The notes below the pieces were generated by a model, which saw only the letters and a list, made by a program, of their open reading frames with translations, had not been told where the DNA came from and did not search any database. From assembly GCA_054600435.1 (NCBI GenBank), contig BAAIJX010000068.1, forward strand, positions 1 through 64,000: a DNA stretch of 64,000 nucleotides. Reading direction: 5' to 3'. Below are positions 11,231 through 22,604 of this stretch, piece after piece (within the stretch, counting starts at the first letter, position 1; each line of letters starts with the position of its first letter). A program made the position numbers and the translations under genes. This DNA comes from Neophaeotheca triangularis (taxonomy: Eukaryota).

Positions 11231-13342
11231 ATGCAATGCCGGAGCGCCCTGAGGAGGTCAAAATGCCACAACCGTCGAGCATATAACCCAGCATTGGCGC
11301 TATCGTCCACATTCTCGACCGTCTCGTCTGGCAGGGCGCAGCAAACACGACCGTCGATACGCAAAGCGGACGGCCATTATCCGACCAAAGAGCAGGTGAA
11401 TCACTATGGTCATGGTTACTACACAAAACACGTGTTGAGTGCGCAGAGAAGGGAGCATCGATTCGAGGAGAAAGATGTTGGTGCCGAGGAGGGTTCGTTG
11501 GCGGAAGGCGATGGTTCTTTTGATCAAGGCAACTCGTCGCAGATGGGGGCGCAACAAACAGCCGGTGTGGGTATTGCTGCAGAGACTTGGGGAGAAATGG
11601 AACAGACAGCCCGCGGAGAAGATGCTGTTGCTGAGGGGACCGAAGGAATCGAGGGCGAAATGCTTGATGGTCATCCTGAGTCACTAGCCGATACAATAGA
11701 TACTCAACTACTTACGGGGTGGAGGAAACAAATGGCTGAAATACGTAACCAAGCAAAAGCATGGAAAAGCGTCGCGCTTCCCGACGATCCGACGGCATTG
11801 CAAAAGATGAAGGATGCCCTTGACTACGAAGGCGAAGCTCTCTCGCCGGACGAACAAGACATCCGTACTAAGAAAGACGTCCGTACATCGAAAGACACGC
11901 TGTTGGAAGCTTCTAGTTCGGCTGTCAAGTACTGCCCACCTCGTACCATCTTGCGCCAGGAGATCAACAACTTTGCCCATTTCTGCAAGATGACAGATGC
12001 CGAGAGGAGAGCAAGATACGCTGTTGCTTACGAAGTAACCGCCTTCATGAGGCGAGCAATACCGAATCAAGGGGCCAGTGTAGAAGTTTATGGCTCCGAG
12101 AAAACTAGTCTGGCCTTCCCTACCTCCGACATCGACTTTCGCCTGTTTCGGAAGCAATCCAAACGTAGGAGCCAAACTGCCACTACAAAGCTCCTACCTC
12201 TGGTGTACGACAAGATGAAAGACGACCCAACCTTTACCTCTGTAATTTTTCGCCCTATGGGCAAACACCCCATGCTGTGTGCACAACACGCCGCAACGGG
12301 CATAGACATTCAAATCACCCCGAGCTCGTCAAACATAAACCAACAAGTGCACATTAAAGCCCTACTGACCGAAATCCCGGCACTTCGTTCCGTCTACCGC
12401 CTCTTGCACGCCACCCTCAGTGCCCGCGGTTTGACCCAAGTCTATCACGGTGGACTCGGAAGCTACGGCTTGCTGATCCTCCTAGCCGCCGCACTGAGAC
12501 GCCGGGGCTCAAAAACCTCTTACCGCGACCAGCACTGCGGCGTCCAACTCCTCGCCGCCCTAGACTTTCTAACCAACCACCTACCCCTCCACCTCCACAC
12601 TCGTGGCCTCACCGCCCACCCCGTCTCCAAACCCTTCCTCAAACACGACTGGACACGACCCCAATTCTCCTCCAACCCAGCAAACCCACCCACCCCAGAA
12701 GACCCGCCCATCCCTCAAACAACCACAACCCCCAACCACCCAGTTCCAATCCCCAGCACCCTAATCCGCGCCGCCCTCGCCCGCACCGATCCCGTAAGAG
12801 CAGGGCAATGGTTCATCTCGACCCTCAAACCACTGCAACCGTACCTGCTCAGCCTCCAGGACCCAGACGACCCTCGCAACGACCTAGGTCGCAACGCGCA
12901 CGCCATCAAGCATATTCTAGCCACTCTCACCGCGCTGCGGGAGAAGCTGCTGCGGGAGATGGAAGAGCTTGGGCAGCGGGAGGAGGGCGAGGAGGCTGAG
13001 AAGCGGCCTGGGGAGGGTTTGCGGACGGAGATGAGGCAGCAAGGGCGGACTTTATTGCGGGATTGGGTCGGCACGGGGTGGGTCAAGGCTTTCAAGGAGA
13101 AAAGGGCGAGGATTGAGGGGTACGGCGTAGAAGTCTCGAGGCGAATTCGGGAAGAAGTCTCGTTGGCCGAAAAACCGGGGCAGGAGGATGGCGGGAGTGG
13201 AGGTCAAGACATGGAGGAAGGTGGGGGAAAGAAAGGAGAAGAAAGGCCTGTTAAGATCAAGTACCAGGCGGTTGCGGATGTCAAGGACACAGAAAGGAAA
13301 AAGTTGAAAGCAGGGCCGTGGCTTTTCACTCACCCGCATTAA
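11231..13342 (+). CDS. Non-canonical poly(A) polymerase / terminal nucleotidyltransferase, Trf4/Cid14-like, possible mitochondrial presequence
   Basis: Pol-beta NTase motif YGSEKTSLAFPTSDIDF, GGLGSYGL, PAP-associated LSLQDPDDPRNDLGR; Arg/Ser/Ala-rich, acid-free N-terminus from ATG 11231. Confidence 0.82.
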   Translation: MQCRSALRRSKCHNRRAYNPALALSSTFSTVSSGRAQQTRPSIRKADGHYPTKEQVNHYGHGYYTKHVLSAQRREHRFEEKDVGAEEGSLAEGDGSFDQGNSSQMGAQQTAGVGIAAETWGEMEQTARGEDAVAEGTEGIEGEMLDGHPESLADTIDTQLLTGWRKQMAEIRNQAKAWKSVALPDDPTALQKMKDALDYEGEALSPDEQDIRTKKDVRTSKDTLLEASSSAVKYCPPRTILRQEINNFAHFCKMTDAERRARYAVAYEVTAFMRRAIPNQGASVEVYGSEKTSLAFPTSDIDFRLFRKQSKRRSQTATTKLLPLVYDKMKDDPTFTSVIFRPMGKHPMLCAQHAATGIDIQITPSSSNINQQVHIKALLTEIPALRSVYRLLHATLSARGLTQVYHGGLGSYGLLILLAAALRRRGSKTSYRDQHCGVQLLAALDFLTNHLPLHLHTRGLTAHPVSKPFLKHDWTRPQFSSNPANPPTPEDPPIPQTTTTPNHPVPIPSTLIRAALARTDPVRAGQWFISTLKPLQPYLLSLQDPDDPRNDLGRNAHAIKHILATLTALREKLLREMEELGQREEGEEAEKRPGEGLRTEMRQQGRTLLRDWVGTGWVKAFKEKRARIEGYGVEVSRRIREEVSLAEKPGQEDGGSGGQDMEEGGGKKGEERPVKIKYQAVADVKDTERKKLKAGPWLFTHPH

Positions 13343-14707
13343 GGGGCAGTGAAGCAGACTACGGAAGGGTGGATAGCCAGAATCGTGTAAGGAAATCAAG
13401 ATTCCCAGTTTACGAAGGTCCCCCAGAGACCGACTCCTGAATGCAAGTCCTTCGAGGGACGAATCTGCATCACCAGCGCTCTTTCTCCTCCCCCTGCTGT
13501 GACACTTGCTTTCTGCTCCGTAGATCAGTAAACCTAATGCTGTAGGCGATAGGGCAAAGACCAAAAACGTGCCGGCCCAAAAGCTCCCAACCAGCTGAGC
13601 TCATCAGCGACACCATTACTAAAAGAGACCCAAAGCACAAACAACAGCACCAAAGTCCCAACCCCTCGCTCCCTCCCCATACCCCGCCGAGTCTCCTACA
13701 TAAACACCCCGAAGTATCAAAGTCCACTCCGGCCGGACACGACAGACTCTCACCCCTCGTACCGAACGCTCGCTTGGCTTGCTCTCGTACTTTCAGCGCC
13801 CCGGCCGAGCCGAGCCCCAAGCCGTGTCCCGCCCGACTCGAGAGGTCCGATAGGCCAAAGTCACTCGCCGAGAGTGGCTTGGAAAGCAGAAGTGAATGGC
13901 AAAAGCCGCTTGTTGTCACAGTGACACACACCCACACAAGTCCAGCAGTTCTCGGCCTCTTTACACCCAAACCCTACAGAACTGGTGGGCAGAAACGGAT
14001 GTCTTCTGGGCGAAACAGCGCGGTTTGCTGTAGATTGAGAAGGAAAGTGGTTCGCGAGAGAGGAATTGAGACGGAGTACGGTCTTCGGGGGCAGATAGGT
14101 GGCTGACTATCTAGCTAGCAGCACAGCTAGGCACAAAGTCGCTGGAAATGGAGGCTACCAGCAAGCAAGAGAACACATCCCTCGTCCTTCTTGGAAATGG
14201 AGAGACATACCCTACTGCTACCGACGTAAGTAATACTTGCTCGGCGACCACCATCACTCGCCTCTCGAAGCCCGCATTGTAGTGTCCATCCCACGCAACC
14301 GTGAACTTGTCTTTCCGCGTTCGCAGTATCGACACCATCCGCCCATCCATCAATTCTTCCACCCTCGTAAAAGCCGTCCTCGCAAACGCCGCGTCATGCA
14401 TAGTGGTCTGTAAGAAATGCTCTATAACCCTTTTTTTTTTGTTGACCGCTTATTCATCCGCCCAGACCGATTCAAATCGTTCGCAATGAAAACGCCAACC
14501 ACGCTTATGGTCCGAAATGTGAAAAAGAAAAGGAGGAGCACACCGAATAGCCCCGGAAGTCGGAATCCCGCAAAGCTTGTAGCGTAAGGTAGCAGCACCG
14601 GAGCAACCACTCTCTGAAGCCTCAATACTGCAGAGGGGACTCCATGACCAGAGCCCGAGCGAGAAGTAGGTGGCCTAGCCGGCGAAAGCTACGGTCTGCG
14701 CACCTGC

Positions 14708-17700
14708 TCAGGAATCCACACCTTCAACCACGGCCTGCGCGCCCACATCTCCAGCATCCGCTGACCCATTAAGCAAAGCGAGAGTGGAAATGACATCAGC
14801 GGGCTCGAGCAAGTGATAGGAAGCGAGAGTCTGCTTGGAGCTAGCGCCGACGGTGACGGCGAAGACGTGCTCGTCGGGGAGAGCCGAGGCAGAGAGGCTG
14901 CGGAACATGTCTGGAACACAAACAAAGTTAGCGAGACTCTTTTGAAAGGTTGACTGGGGGATTCGAAACGTACCTTCATCCGTGAAATCGTCACCAAGAC
15001 AGAGGACAAACTCCGGCGCCTGACCGACTTCCTGGCCGTAAGACTCGACGAGCTTCTTGGCAATCTCGCCTTTGTTGACGAAACGGGGGCGAACTTCGAG
15101 ATTCGCTTTGCCGGCCATGACTTCGACGTCGAATTCTTTGGCGACGGTGTCGTTGAGGTGTTTTTGACAATCGTTCGCTTGGTGAGCGCCAAAAACCGGG
15201 TCCGCCCTACGGTAATGCCAGGTTAGGGCGATCTTTTTACGTTCGATGAAGGAGCCTTGAGTGCGCTCGCTGTACCAGTTAAATACATCGATCACCTTTT
15301 GCTGCCAGCTCATGTCGATTTTCTCCGTCAGGTTCTCCCATTGCGTGCTGTGGGGCATGCGGATGAAGCTGCCGTGTTCAGCGCTCAGGCCGAGTTCGGG
15401 GATGTGGCCCATCCACTCGTCGAGGAAGGCTTGGTCGCGGCCGGAGATGATCCACACGGCGTTGCGGTGGTCGGAGGCAAGGGACTTGAGAGTGCGGATG
15501 ACGCGGTCAGACGGCACGGCAGCTTGAGGGTCTTTGACGATTGGCGTTAGGGTGCCGTCGTAGTCGAACATGAAGAGCCGGCGGCGGGAGGCACGGTACT
15601 GTGAGAGAAGCTTCACGCGGTCGAGGGCGGGAGTGGCGGCAGATTGCGAGAAGGAGACGAGATTGGTGAGGAGGCGCTTGAGGTAGTTGGTAGTCCAAGA
15701 CTGAATCGTGTTGCGGGTGACGTGCTTGTAGAGCTTGTTGTGAGCCTGAGACTTCTTGTCTTCAGACATGACGAGAGCCATGTCGATCGCATCGGCAGTG
15801 CCACCGAGATCCCATGGGTTGATGTGGATAGCATGCCCAAGACTTCCGGCAGTACCAGAGAACTCGGAAATGATGAGTGGTGAGTGGTTGTCTTTTTGGC
15901 AGATCACATACTCGAGCGCAGTAGTGTTCATACCATCGCGGACGCTCGTAATCAAGCCCAGGTCGGCCACACGCAGCAAAGCGAAGTACTCATCCTGACG
16001 AAGATACTGAGGGTAATGCTGGACAGGGGCGTAGCTGAGATGACCGAAAGTGCCGTTGATGCGTGCAACGAGATCAGAGATTTTGTTGGCAGTCTTGTCG
16101 CCCTTGTCGTCGCGCTCCTCAATGCTAGTAGGGCTCGTGACTTGAATCAAGATGACCTTCTCATGCCACTCGGGGTGACGCTCCAGGAAGATCTCGAAAG
16201 CCTGCAGCTTCTGCGCCACACCCCTAACGGTGTCGAGGCGGTCCCTGCCAACGATAATCTTCTTCCCAGCGTGCATGTCGCGGATGCCCTCCATCTTCTT
16301 GTCGATGCCCTCCAGATTGAAAGCCGACTTATGCGTGTTTTCAGCATTGATACCGATAGGGAAGACGTCCACAGCGACGTGCGCACCATACGCGTCGACG
16401 CCAGCAGAAGAAGAGTCGAAGCCCAACACACGAGTGCAGCAAGAGGAGAAGTGGCGGGCGTAGCTCCAGGACTGGAAACCAATCATGTTTGCGCCCAGCA
16501 TGCCCTCTAGAATTTCCTTGCGGCGGCTGAGGCAACGGTAGTATTCGCTGCTGGGGAATGGAATGTGAAGGAAGAAGCCGATGTAGACGTTAGGCAGGCG
16601 CTGACGCAGCATACTGGGAAGTAGGAGAAGGTGATAGTCGTGGATGAGCACAATGTCCCCGGGCTTGTACTGACTGACGATGGTGTCGGCGAAAGCGCGG
16701 TTCATGCGGTAGTAGTCGGCCCACGCTTTCTTGATAGCGCGACCATCGGTTGGCTCGTTCTGCTTGTAGTGAAAGAGGGTGAAGAGCTCGTGCTCGCCGT
16801 AACGACGCCACTTTTGTTGGTTGCGCAAAGTGACGTTCTTGTCGGCGTCAATCTCATCGTGAAGCCAGACGGGAGTCACGCGACCGCCGTGATCACGGGA
16901 CAGCTGAGCCTCAAGAGCGTCGCGATCATCACGGGTGATGTGCAGCTCGGCAGCATCGTCGGAAGGCTGCTTGGGTTTCGTGTGGGAGTCGATGGGAATA
17001 GGTGCGGAGGCTTTGTTGAGGGGGATAGCGTCCATGGACGAGCCATTGACAGTAGTCTCAACGCCCGAACTAGCAGCCTTTTCAACCTCACCAGTCCAGC
17101 CAACCAGCGTATGCTGCCATGGCGACTCGGGAGAAGAAAGGTATGAGAAAGAGTCAAAGAGAGCAGAGGTGCCACGACGGCTTTGGAGCTCCTGGTTATC
17201 GTTAGCTGGGAAAACTTCTTCTGGTTGAGGTTGGGTGGTGTGAAGTACCCAATTCGCTCCGGGTTTGTAGCCGAGCTTGTAGGGAACACAAAAGGTAGCG
17301 CTGATGACGTGACCGCTGAGGTTGAGACTTGCGTGGGCCGAGCGAGGATCTGTCTCAGCAATCTCTGGCTTCTTGGGGCGCTCGCCTGTCAGGCTCAAGC
17401 GTCGGAGGAGGTCTTCAGGAGATTGCGCGCCACGGGCGGCGTCGGCAGGCGAATCTGGTCTGTGGTCGTCGTCGCGGGATGAAGGGTCTCTGCCTGAAAA
17501 ACGAACGCTTAGTCCCGTGTAACCATTGTCATACTCGGTGTAGTAAGAGCTACCTTGCTCATCGCCAGAGGCCTCGGGGCTTGGCGAACGCTGGTTGAAG
17601 GGGTCCGGGTTGTCGTGGATACCAGGGGTGACTGGGACACTGATGTTGTCTTCATGAAGGGCAGGATTGATGGAAATGAGTCTGGGGTTTGGGGGGCGAC

Positions 17701-17734
17701 GCGCATCTGACGGCGCATTGTTGGAGTCTCCCAT
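14708..17734 (-). CDS. TPS2: Trehalose-6-phosphate phosphatase subunit (GT20 + HAD domains), ~968 aa
   Basis: HDYHL, GFFLHIPFPSSE, RDGMN, FDYDGTLTPIV, GDDFTDEDMF (after splicing); introns 17192-17248 and 14911-14973; ATG at 17734. Confidence 0.93.
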   Translation of the reverse strand: MGDSNNAPSDARRPPNPRLISINPALHEDNISVPVTPGIHDNPDPFNQRSPSPEASGDEQGSSYYTEYDNGYTGLSVRFSGRDPSSRDDDHRPDSPADAARGAQSPEDLLRRLSLTGERPKKPEIAETDPRSAHASLNLSGHVISATFCVPYKLGYKPGANWVLHTTQPQPEEVFPANDNQELQSRRGTSALFDSFSYLSSPESPWQHTLVGWTGEVEKAASSGVETTVNGSSMDAIPLNKASAPIPIDSHTKPKQPSDDAAELHITRDDRDALEAQLSRDHGGRVTPVWLHDEIDADKNVTLRNQQKWRRYGEHELFTLFHYKQNEPTDGRAIKKAWADYYRMNRAFADTIVSQYKPGDIVLIHDYHLLLLPSMLRQRLPNVYIGFFLHIPFPSSEYYRCLSRRKEILEGMLGANMIGFQSWSYARHFSSCCTRVLGFDSSSAGVDAYGAHVAVDVFPIGINAENTHKSAFNLEGIDKKMEGIRDMHAGKKIIVGRDRLDTVRGVAQKLQAFEIFLERHPEWHEKVILIQVTSPTSIEERDDKGDKTANKISDLVARINGTFGHLSYAPVQHYPQYLRQDEYFALLRVADLGLITSVRDGMNTTALEYVICQKDNHSPLIISEFSGTAGSLGHAIHINPWDLGGTADAIDMALVMSEDKKSQAHNKLYKHVTRNTIQSWTTNYLKRLLTNLVSFSQSAATPALDRVKLLSQYRASRRRLFMFDYDGTLTPIVKDPQAAVPSDRVIRTLKSLASDHRNAVWIISGRDQAFLDEWMGHIPELGLSAEHGSFIRMPHSTQWENLTEKIDMSWQQKVIDVFNWYSERTQGSFIERKKIALTWHYRRADPVFGAHQANDCQKHLNDTVAKEFDVEVMAGKANLEVRPRFVNKGEIAKKLVESYGQEVGQAPEFVLCLGDDFTDEGTFRIPQSTFQKSLANFVCVPDMFRSLSASALPDEHVFAVTVGASSKQTLASYHLLEPADVISTLALLNGSADAGDVGAQAVVEGVDS

Positions 17735-17995
17735 GGCGACTTGACTCTGGAGGTGGAGTGGCTCCGTAGAGCAGCGAGAATTGACGGTGCTGAGGCGGTG
17801 TGTTAGCGAGCGCGCGCACCTGTGATTGGTAGTGGTCGTGACAGCGGATGGTGGTGGTGGTGGTGGCGGTGGTGGTGTTGTCAATGTTGGTGGAAGAACA
17901 GTGCATGCAGTAGGTGAATTGCGGAAAGCAGGAAAAAGTAGTTTGCGACGGTGGGGGTTAGATTGATTGGTAGGTGGTGAGAATGAAGTGAAGGC

Positions 17996-18074
17996 AAGTG
18001 AGGTGAGGTGAGGTGAAGTGAAGTGAAGTGAAGTGAGGTCAAATGAGGTCAAGTGAGGTGAGGTGAGGTGAGGT
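17996..18074. repeat. Imperfect pentanucleotide microsatellite (GTGAG/GTGAA)n upstream of TPS2
   Basis: ~15 tandem GTGAR units. Confidence 0.85.
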
Positions 18075-18940
18075 TGAGAAGATGGAGGCCGTTGAACAAC
18101 GACGACAGGCCGGCCTGCCCGTCATGTCCTGCCCACGTGGGAATCAGAGCAATATGGAATTGAATGCCGCTTACCGAAATAACGCGACTGCCTCTTGCGC
18201 AACACAAACAGTACAAGTAGGTACCTGGCAAGATGCTCAAAGTAGAAGGCACGTCTCCCCGTCGCAGGTGGTGGTGATGATAATAATAACGACGAATATA
18301 GTAATCAACCCGTTTCGTGACGGTGACCTCGGCGCTTCTCCCAGAATGGAAGTCTGCAGGTGGTCTGGCCTTTGGAATCAACCTTTCGGCTTGGGGGAAG
18401 AGCGTGAGTTACCGTTTCACTGCCGGCGAAGAAGCAAAGGAACCCGGGGCATAACACAGGCAACAACAAATCGAGTGAGAAAAACAAGGGTTTTTCGAGT
18501 TAACAAGGGACGGGAGGGAGGTATTAAGTTATTGACAATGGAAGAAGACGAAGTGAGGTGCTTTTCGTAGAGCTTACAGGTACTTACCTTACCTGCCGGC
18601 TTCCACTACTGACGAAATGTTGAAGCAATGCCGCTAATGCAGGAAACATGCGGCTGGTCCCGTGCGAGAGAAGATCTCAGGGGAAGACGCGGAGGTCTAG
18701 ACTTTACACCAATCGGGCTGTATTGAATATGTATAGCATATAGCAGTACTTAGGTGCAACTCACACATGCCATTTCGACAAAAGGGACAGGTTTGTCTTC
18801 TAACGGCTTCAATCTCAAATTACTACCAAACTACAATGACACTTCATCTTCCACCTCCACTCTAACCTCCAACCCCAAAGCTATCCACTAACCAAACCCA
18901 CCTCGCCCAAACCCCCTTCATCACTACATACTCCCAAACA

Positions 18941-21583
18941 TCACGTCTCCACCTCCCCCTCCTTCGCCATCCTCACTCTAACATTCTCGCGATGCAGCTT
19001 GTTACGCAAATGCACCTCGAAATCCGTCTCCACCCTACCAGGCAAAGCCGTGTACAACTTGGTAGTGCAATCCCAACACCTGATGCGAGGCAGCCACTTG
19101 ACGGCGACGCCATCGGGAGGCGGCGAGCCCGGTTCGAGCGGCGGGAGGTTTTTGGGATTGATGGGGAGGAGGGACGAGGGCGAGACCGGGTAGGGTTTCA
19201 TGAGGTAGGTGAAGGACGAGTCCGGATGGGTTGCTTGGAGCGCCGAAATTGAGCTTGCGAGCCAGGGCGGTGGCGGCGGCTGCGTAACAAGGGCTTGTTA
19301 GTGGAGTGTGCTTTTGGAGGGGGGTCTGAGGAGGAGACTTACGGCTTCTTCGTCTTCGCGTGGCCAGTGGTCGGTCGAAACGCGGCCCTGTTCGTCGTAT
19401 TCTATTGGTTTGGAACTCTGCTGTTGGGTCTGCGACGTCTCTCTTGGGCGCGTGGGTTTCGATGTGGTCTGTGGCTGTTGCTGTGAAGCACTACCAGGTC
19501 TGGGAGTAGAAACGCCAGAGGCCGCAACAGCGGGCGTAGCAGTCCCGGGCGCTTTCGAAGGCGTGGCAACTTGCGAAACCGCGCCTGCTAAACTCCTCGG
19601 CGCCTGCGCGACCGGCTGCGAGGCGTAACCTGAGAGGGGGAATGCTTTAGCACGTTTCTGCGCGCGGTACGTCTCCCACCAGGACTTCAGCTTCGCTTTC
19701 CCAATCTTCAAACGCACGAGAAGGGTTTCGCTGGCCTCGGCCGTTTCGCCATCACGAAGCACGCTAGGTCGAGGGGCGCGAGCTGTCGATCTTGGCTGTT
19801 CGCCCGTAGCCTGCAGGAGTTGGGCGTCAGGCGTCGTCGACCGGCCAAAGTTGGCGCGCATGGCTGCTTGTGCTGCGGAAGCCGCTCCACGCATCCCACG
19901 CGTACGCGCAGTGCCTCCAGCGTTAGCATTGAGCATCGATGGCGCGGGCGAATCGACACCAGACTCTTCACTTTCGCCGTCATCCGACTCCGCATCGCCC
20001 TCGGTACCACGAGCGCTCTGCCTTTTGCCACCTTTCCCGCCTCTCCGAGTCTTTGGAATGCCAGTCGTCTCAAAAGTCTCCACGCCACCCGGAATGACAG
20101 AATGCACAATCAATGAGCGCACCGTCCGCTGCCTATCCTTTAGATCCGGCAGGGCGGGTCCTCCACGACGGTTCAATTGCCTCTTCTGCGCTCTATGCTC
20201 GCGCATCATTGAAACCTCGGTCCGCTCCAGCTCTGCCTCGCTCATTTCGTACAAGTATGGTGTCCAATCCTTCTGCGCTTGCACTGGCCGGAAAGCGCTA
20301 TGGATCGGTGTCTGGAGGAAGCTATCGCGCAAGTCCGCGTCCTCCACTGGTCGGCCATCAAAGCAATGATTGGTGAGGTATAAGCTTTTGGTGTATAGTT
20401 GACTCTGCTCGCGAATGGAGTGCGCGATAGCCGTAGTGAACTCTCCGCTAAGCGCATTTTCCCACGCCATCTGACGCGCAAATTCTTCGGGGGAATTGTG
20501 AGGGTTGTTGATGTCCCACTCGAACTGATCGACGAGTGTGATGCGGCCTATGGTGATGTTGAGCTTGATCTGTATCCTCATCTCATCGTCTTTGTAATCG
20601 CTGTAAGGCTTTCCCGGCTCCAACGGTCCGTCTTCGATTACAATATGCGGGTAAAAGTTGTGAATCTGATCTTCCATCTCCGCTTTCACCTGCTTGCTAA
20701 CCTCATATAGAGCTTCGGGTGGTAGTTTGAGGTCTTCCAACAAGTAGTCCGTAAATGTGTCGCGCGAGATGAGCTTCTCGTGCAAATTCCAGGTGAAAGT
20801 GTCGCGCAAGCGCAGCTTATCCAATTCAATGTCCAGCCGAACAGGTACCAACTCTTCATGCTGCTCAGCTTGCTGCGCATTGTCCTTCCGCGTATGCCTG
20901 ATCTCCTTTGTTCGCCGTCCCTTGGGAGGTCTGCGACCAGCAGAGTAAAGGATCTGGCTCTTGTTCTCCGTGATGCCATTGCCATAGCCCATGTACCCAT
21001 AGCCAAAGACCGACCCGGGGTTCTGCTGCCTTGCCGCGCGCATTTCGCCCATGTAAAAGTCCCGCTCGGCGGATTTCGCAGCTATCAAGTCGCGCGAACG
21101 CTGGGCTTGGTCGTTCATGGCGGCCGCATAGTACATGTCGCGCTGGATGTAGCGGTCGAGCAGGACTTCGTTATGCGCCGGATCGCCAGTGGAGCCCTCG
21201 GAACGCACGTGAGGCTGAGGCGGATTAACGGGTAGCTGTGAGCCATCCCGCGACCGTTTCCTGCTCAGTTGGGAACCTCCATTAGACTGCGCGGAGCCAT
21301 TGGCTGGAGTCGCGTTGGTCGGTGTTCCGCGATCGGAATTGGTGGGCCCAACACCGGCAGCAGCTATGGCCTCCTTTGCTCGGTGCTTACCCTCTTGTAT
21401 TGCATTAGGGTTCTTGCCGCTGCTGCCAGGCGCGTTCATGCTATTGGCAGTGGTATTGCCGAAGGTTGGCTGAACGGCGCCTGGGGTGCCGGATGAGGCG
21501 CCATTCCATTGAGGTGGGGTGTTGGAAGGGTGGTGTTGGTATTGCTGGCCATTGTATTGGGGATGATGGCTTGGCGTGGACAT
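18941..21583 (-). CDS. SNF5: SWI/SNF complex subunit Snf5
   Basis: LVPVRLDIE, LRDTFTWN, IKLNITIG, DQFEWDI, PEEFA, EFTTAIAHSIREQ; intron 19280-19342; last exon has a CxxC..H..H motif. Confidence 0.93.
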
Positions 21584-22604
21584 GATCGAGTGGTGGAAGA
21601 GGAGGCTGGGAGGAAGAGAAGCGGTGGTGGTGATGGTCGGTCGCGTCGCGTCACGTTGGCATCGACGGTAGCTAGTTTGATCAACGATAGCTGGAGGGTG
21701 TCAGCAGTTTCTTGGTAGTAATGTGGGAGCTGGCGCAAAAAGTCTCGCATAGCGCGTCGCGCGTGGGTTGTTGTGAGGTAGGGAGGAGTAAGTGGGTGAG
21801 TGAGCGGGGGAAGGGTAGGTAGGGTTGGGTAGGGCAGGGCTGGGGGAAGTTGATTGTGAGGCAGCGATACAGCAGATGGCGAGCTATCCCAAAGGGGAAG
21901 GCATGTCGAGATAGGAAGAGCAAAGGAGACTGCAGGTGGCCAGTACATACCTCACGATCGAGCCGGGAATTGGATGGAGTAATCGATAGGTGGTACTCGC
22001 GCCTGTTCTCCCGAGGCGAGGCACGTCAAAGCAAGCCCACCAGCCAGCACCACCAGCCAGCCTCGAGACAGCTAGACTCCCGTGGTTTTCCCGGCTGGAC
22101 ACCCGATCTCGGATACCGCATCCAATCAGGGCACGTACCGTAGGGGCATTGTTACAATCGACATGACTTCCTCTTGTGGAGCTACATGTTGCCATACACC
22201 CAAAGGCCAACGTAACATGAGAGCCGTTGGAAGTGACAATTCTGAAGATTTCCGCTATTCAAAAATACCCACACTAACGACAAAAAGGCCACGTGAGCTG
22301 CCCTAGTCGACTAGCCTCCTCCCGTACGCCAGGTACGCCTCGCCATGGAAAACGACAGAGTAGGCCGTCACTGTAGATACTCCTCCCAGACGGCCAGATG
22401 TTACGAAGACCGTCGCAGTTGTCTTCCATGTTGTTCCCCCATCATTTGACAACCCACCAGCAACCCCTTGAGTACCAGCCACCTCCCGTAGTGTCAGGTA
22501 AGGTAGCGAACGGGCTTTTTAACTCGCAGTACCCCTCGTGATCGATCAGGCCCCCGCAGGCATATCAGATGGTGGCACTATCCATCACTGCAATATCAAT
22601 ACGC

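Noticed and set aside
17735..18052. 106-aa N-terminal extension of TPS2 in the ORF track
   Set aside because: Starts at a non-ATG codon and is translated microsatellite (TSLHFTSPH, poly-P); ATG 17734 is the plausible start
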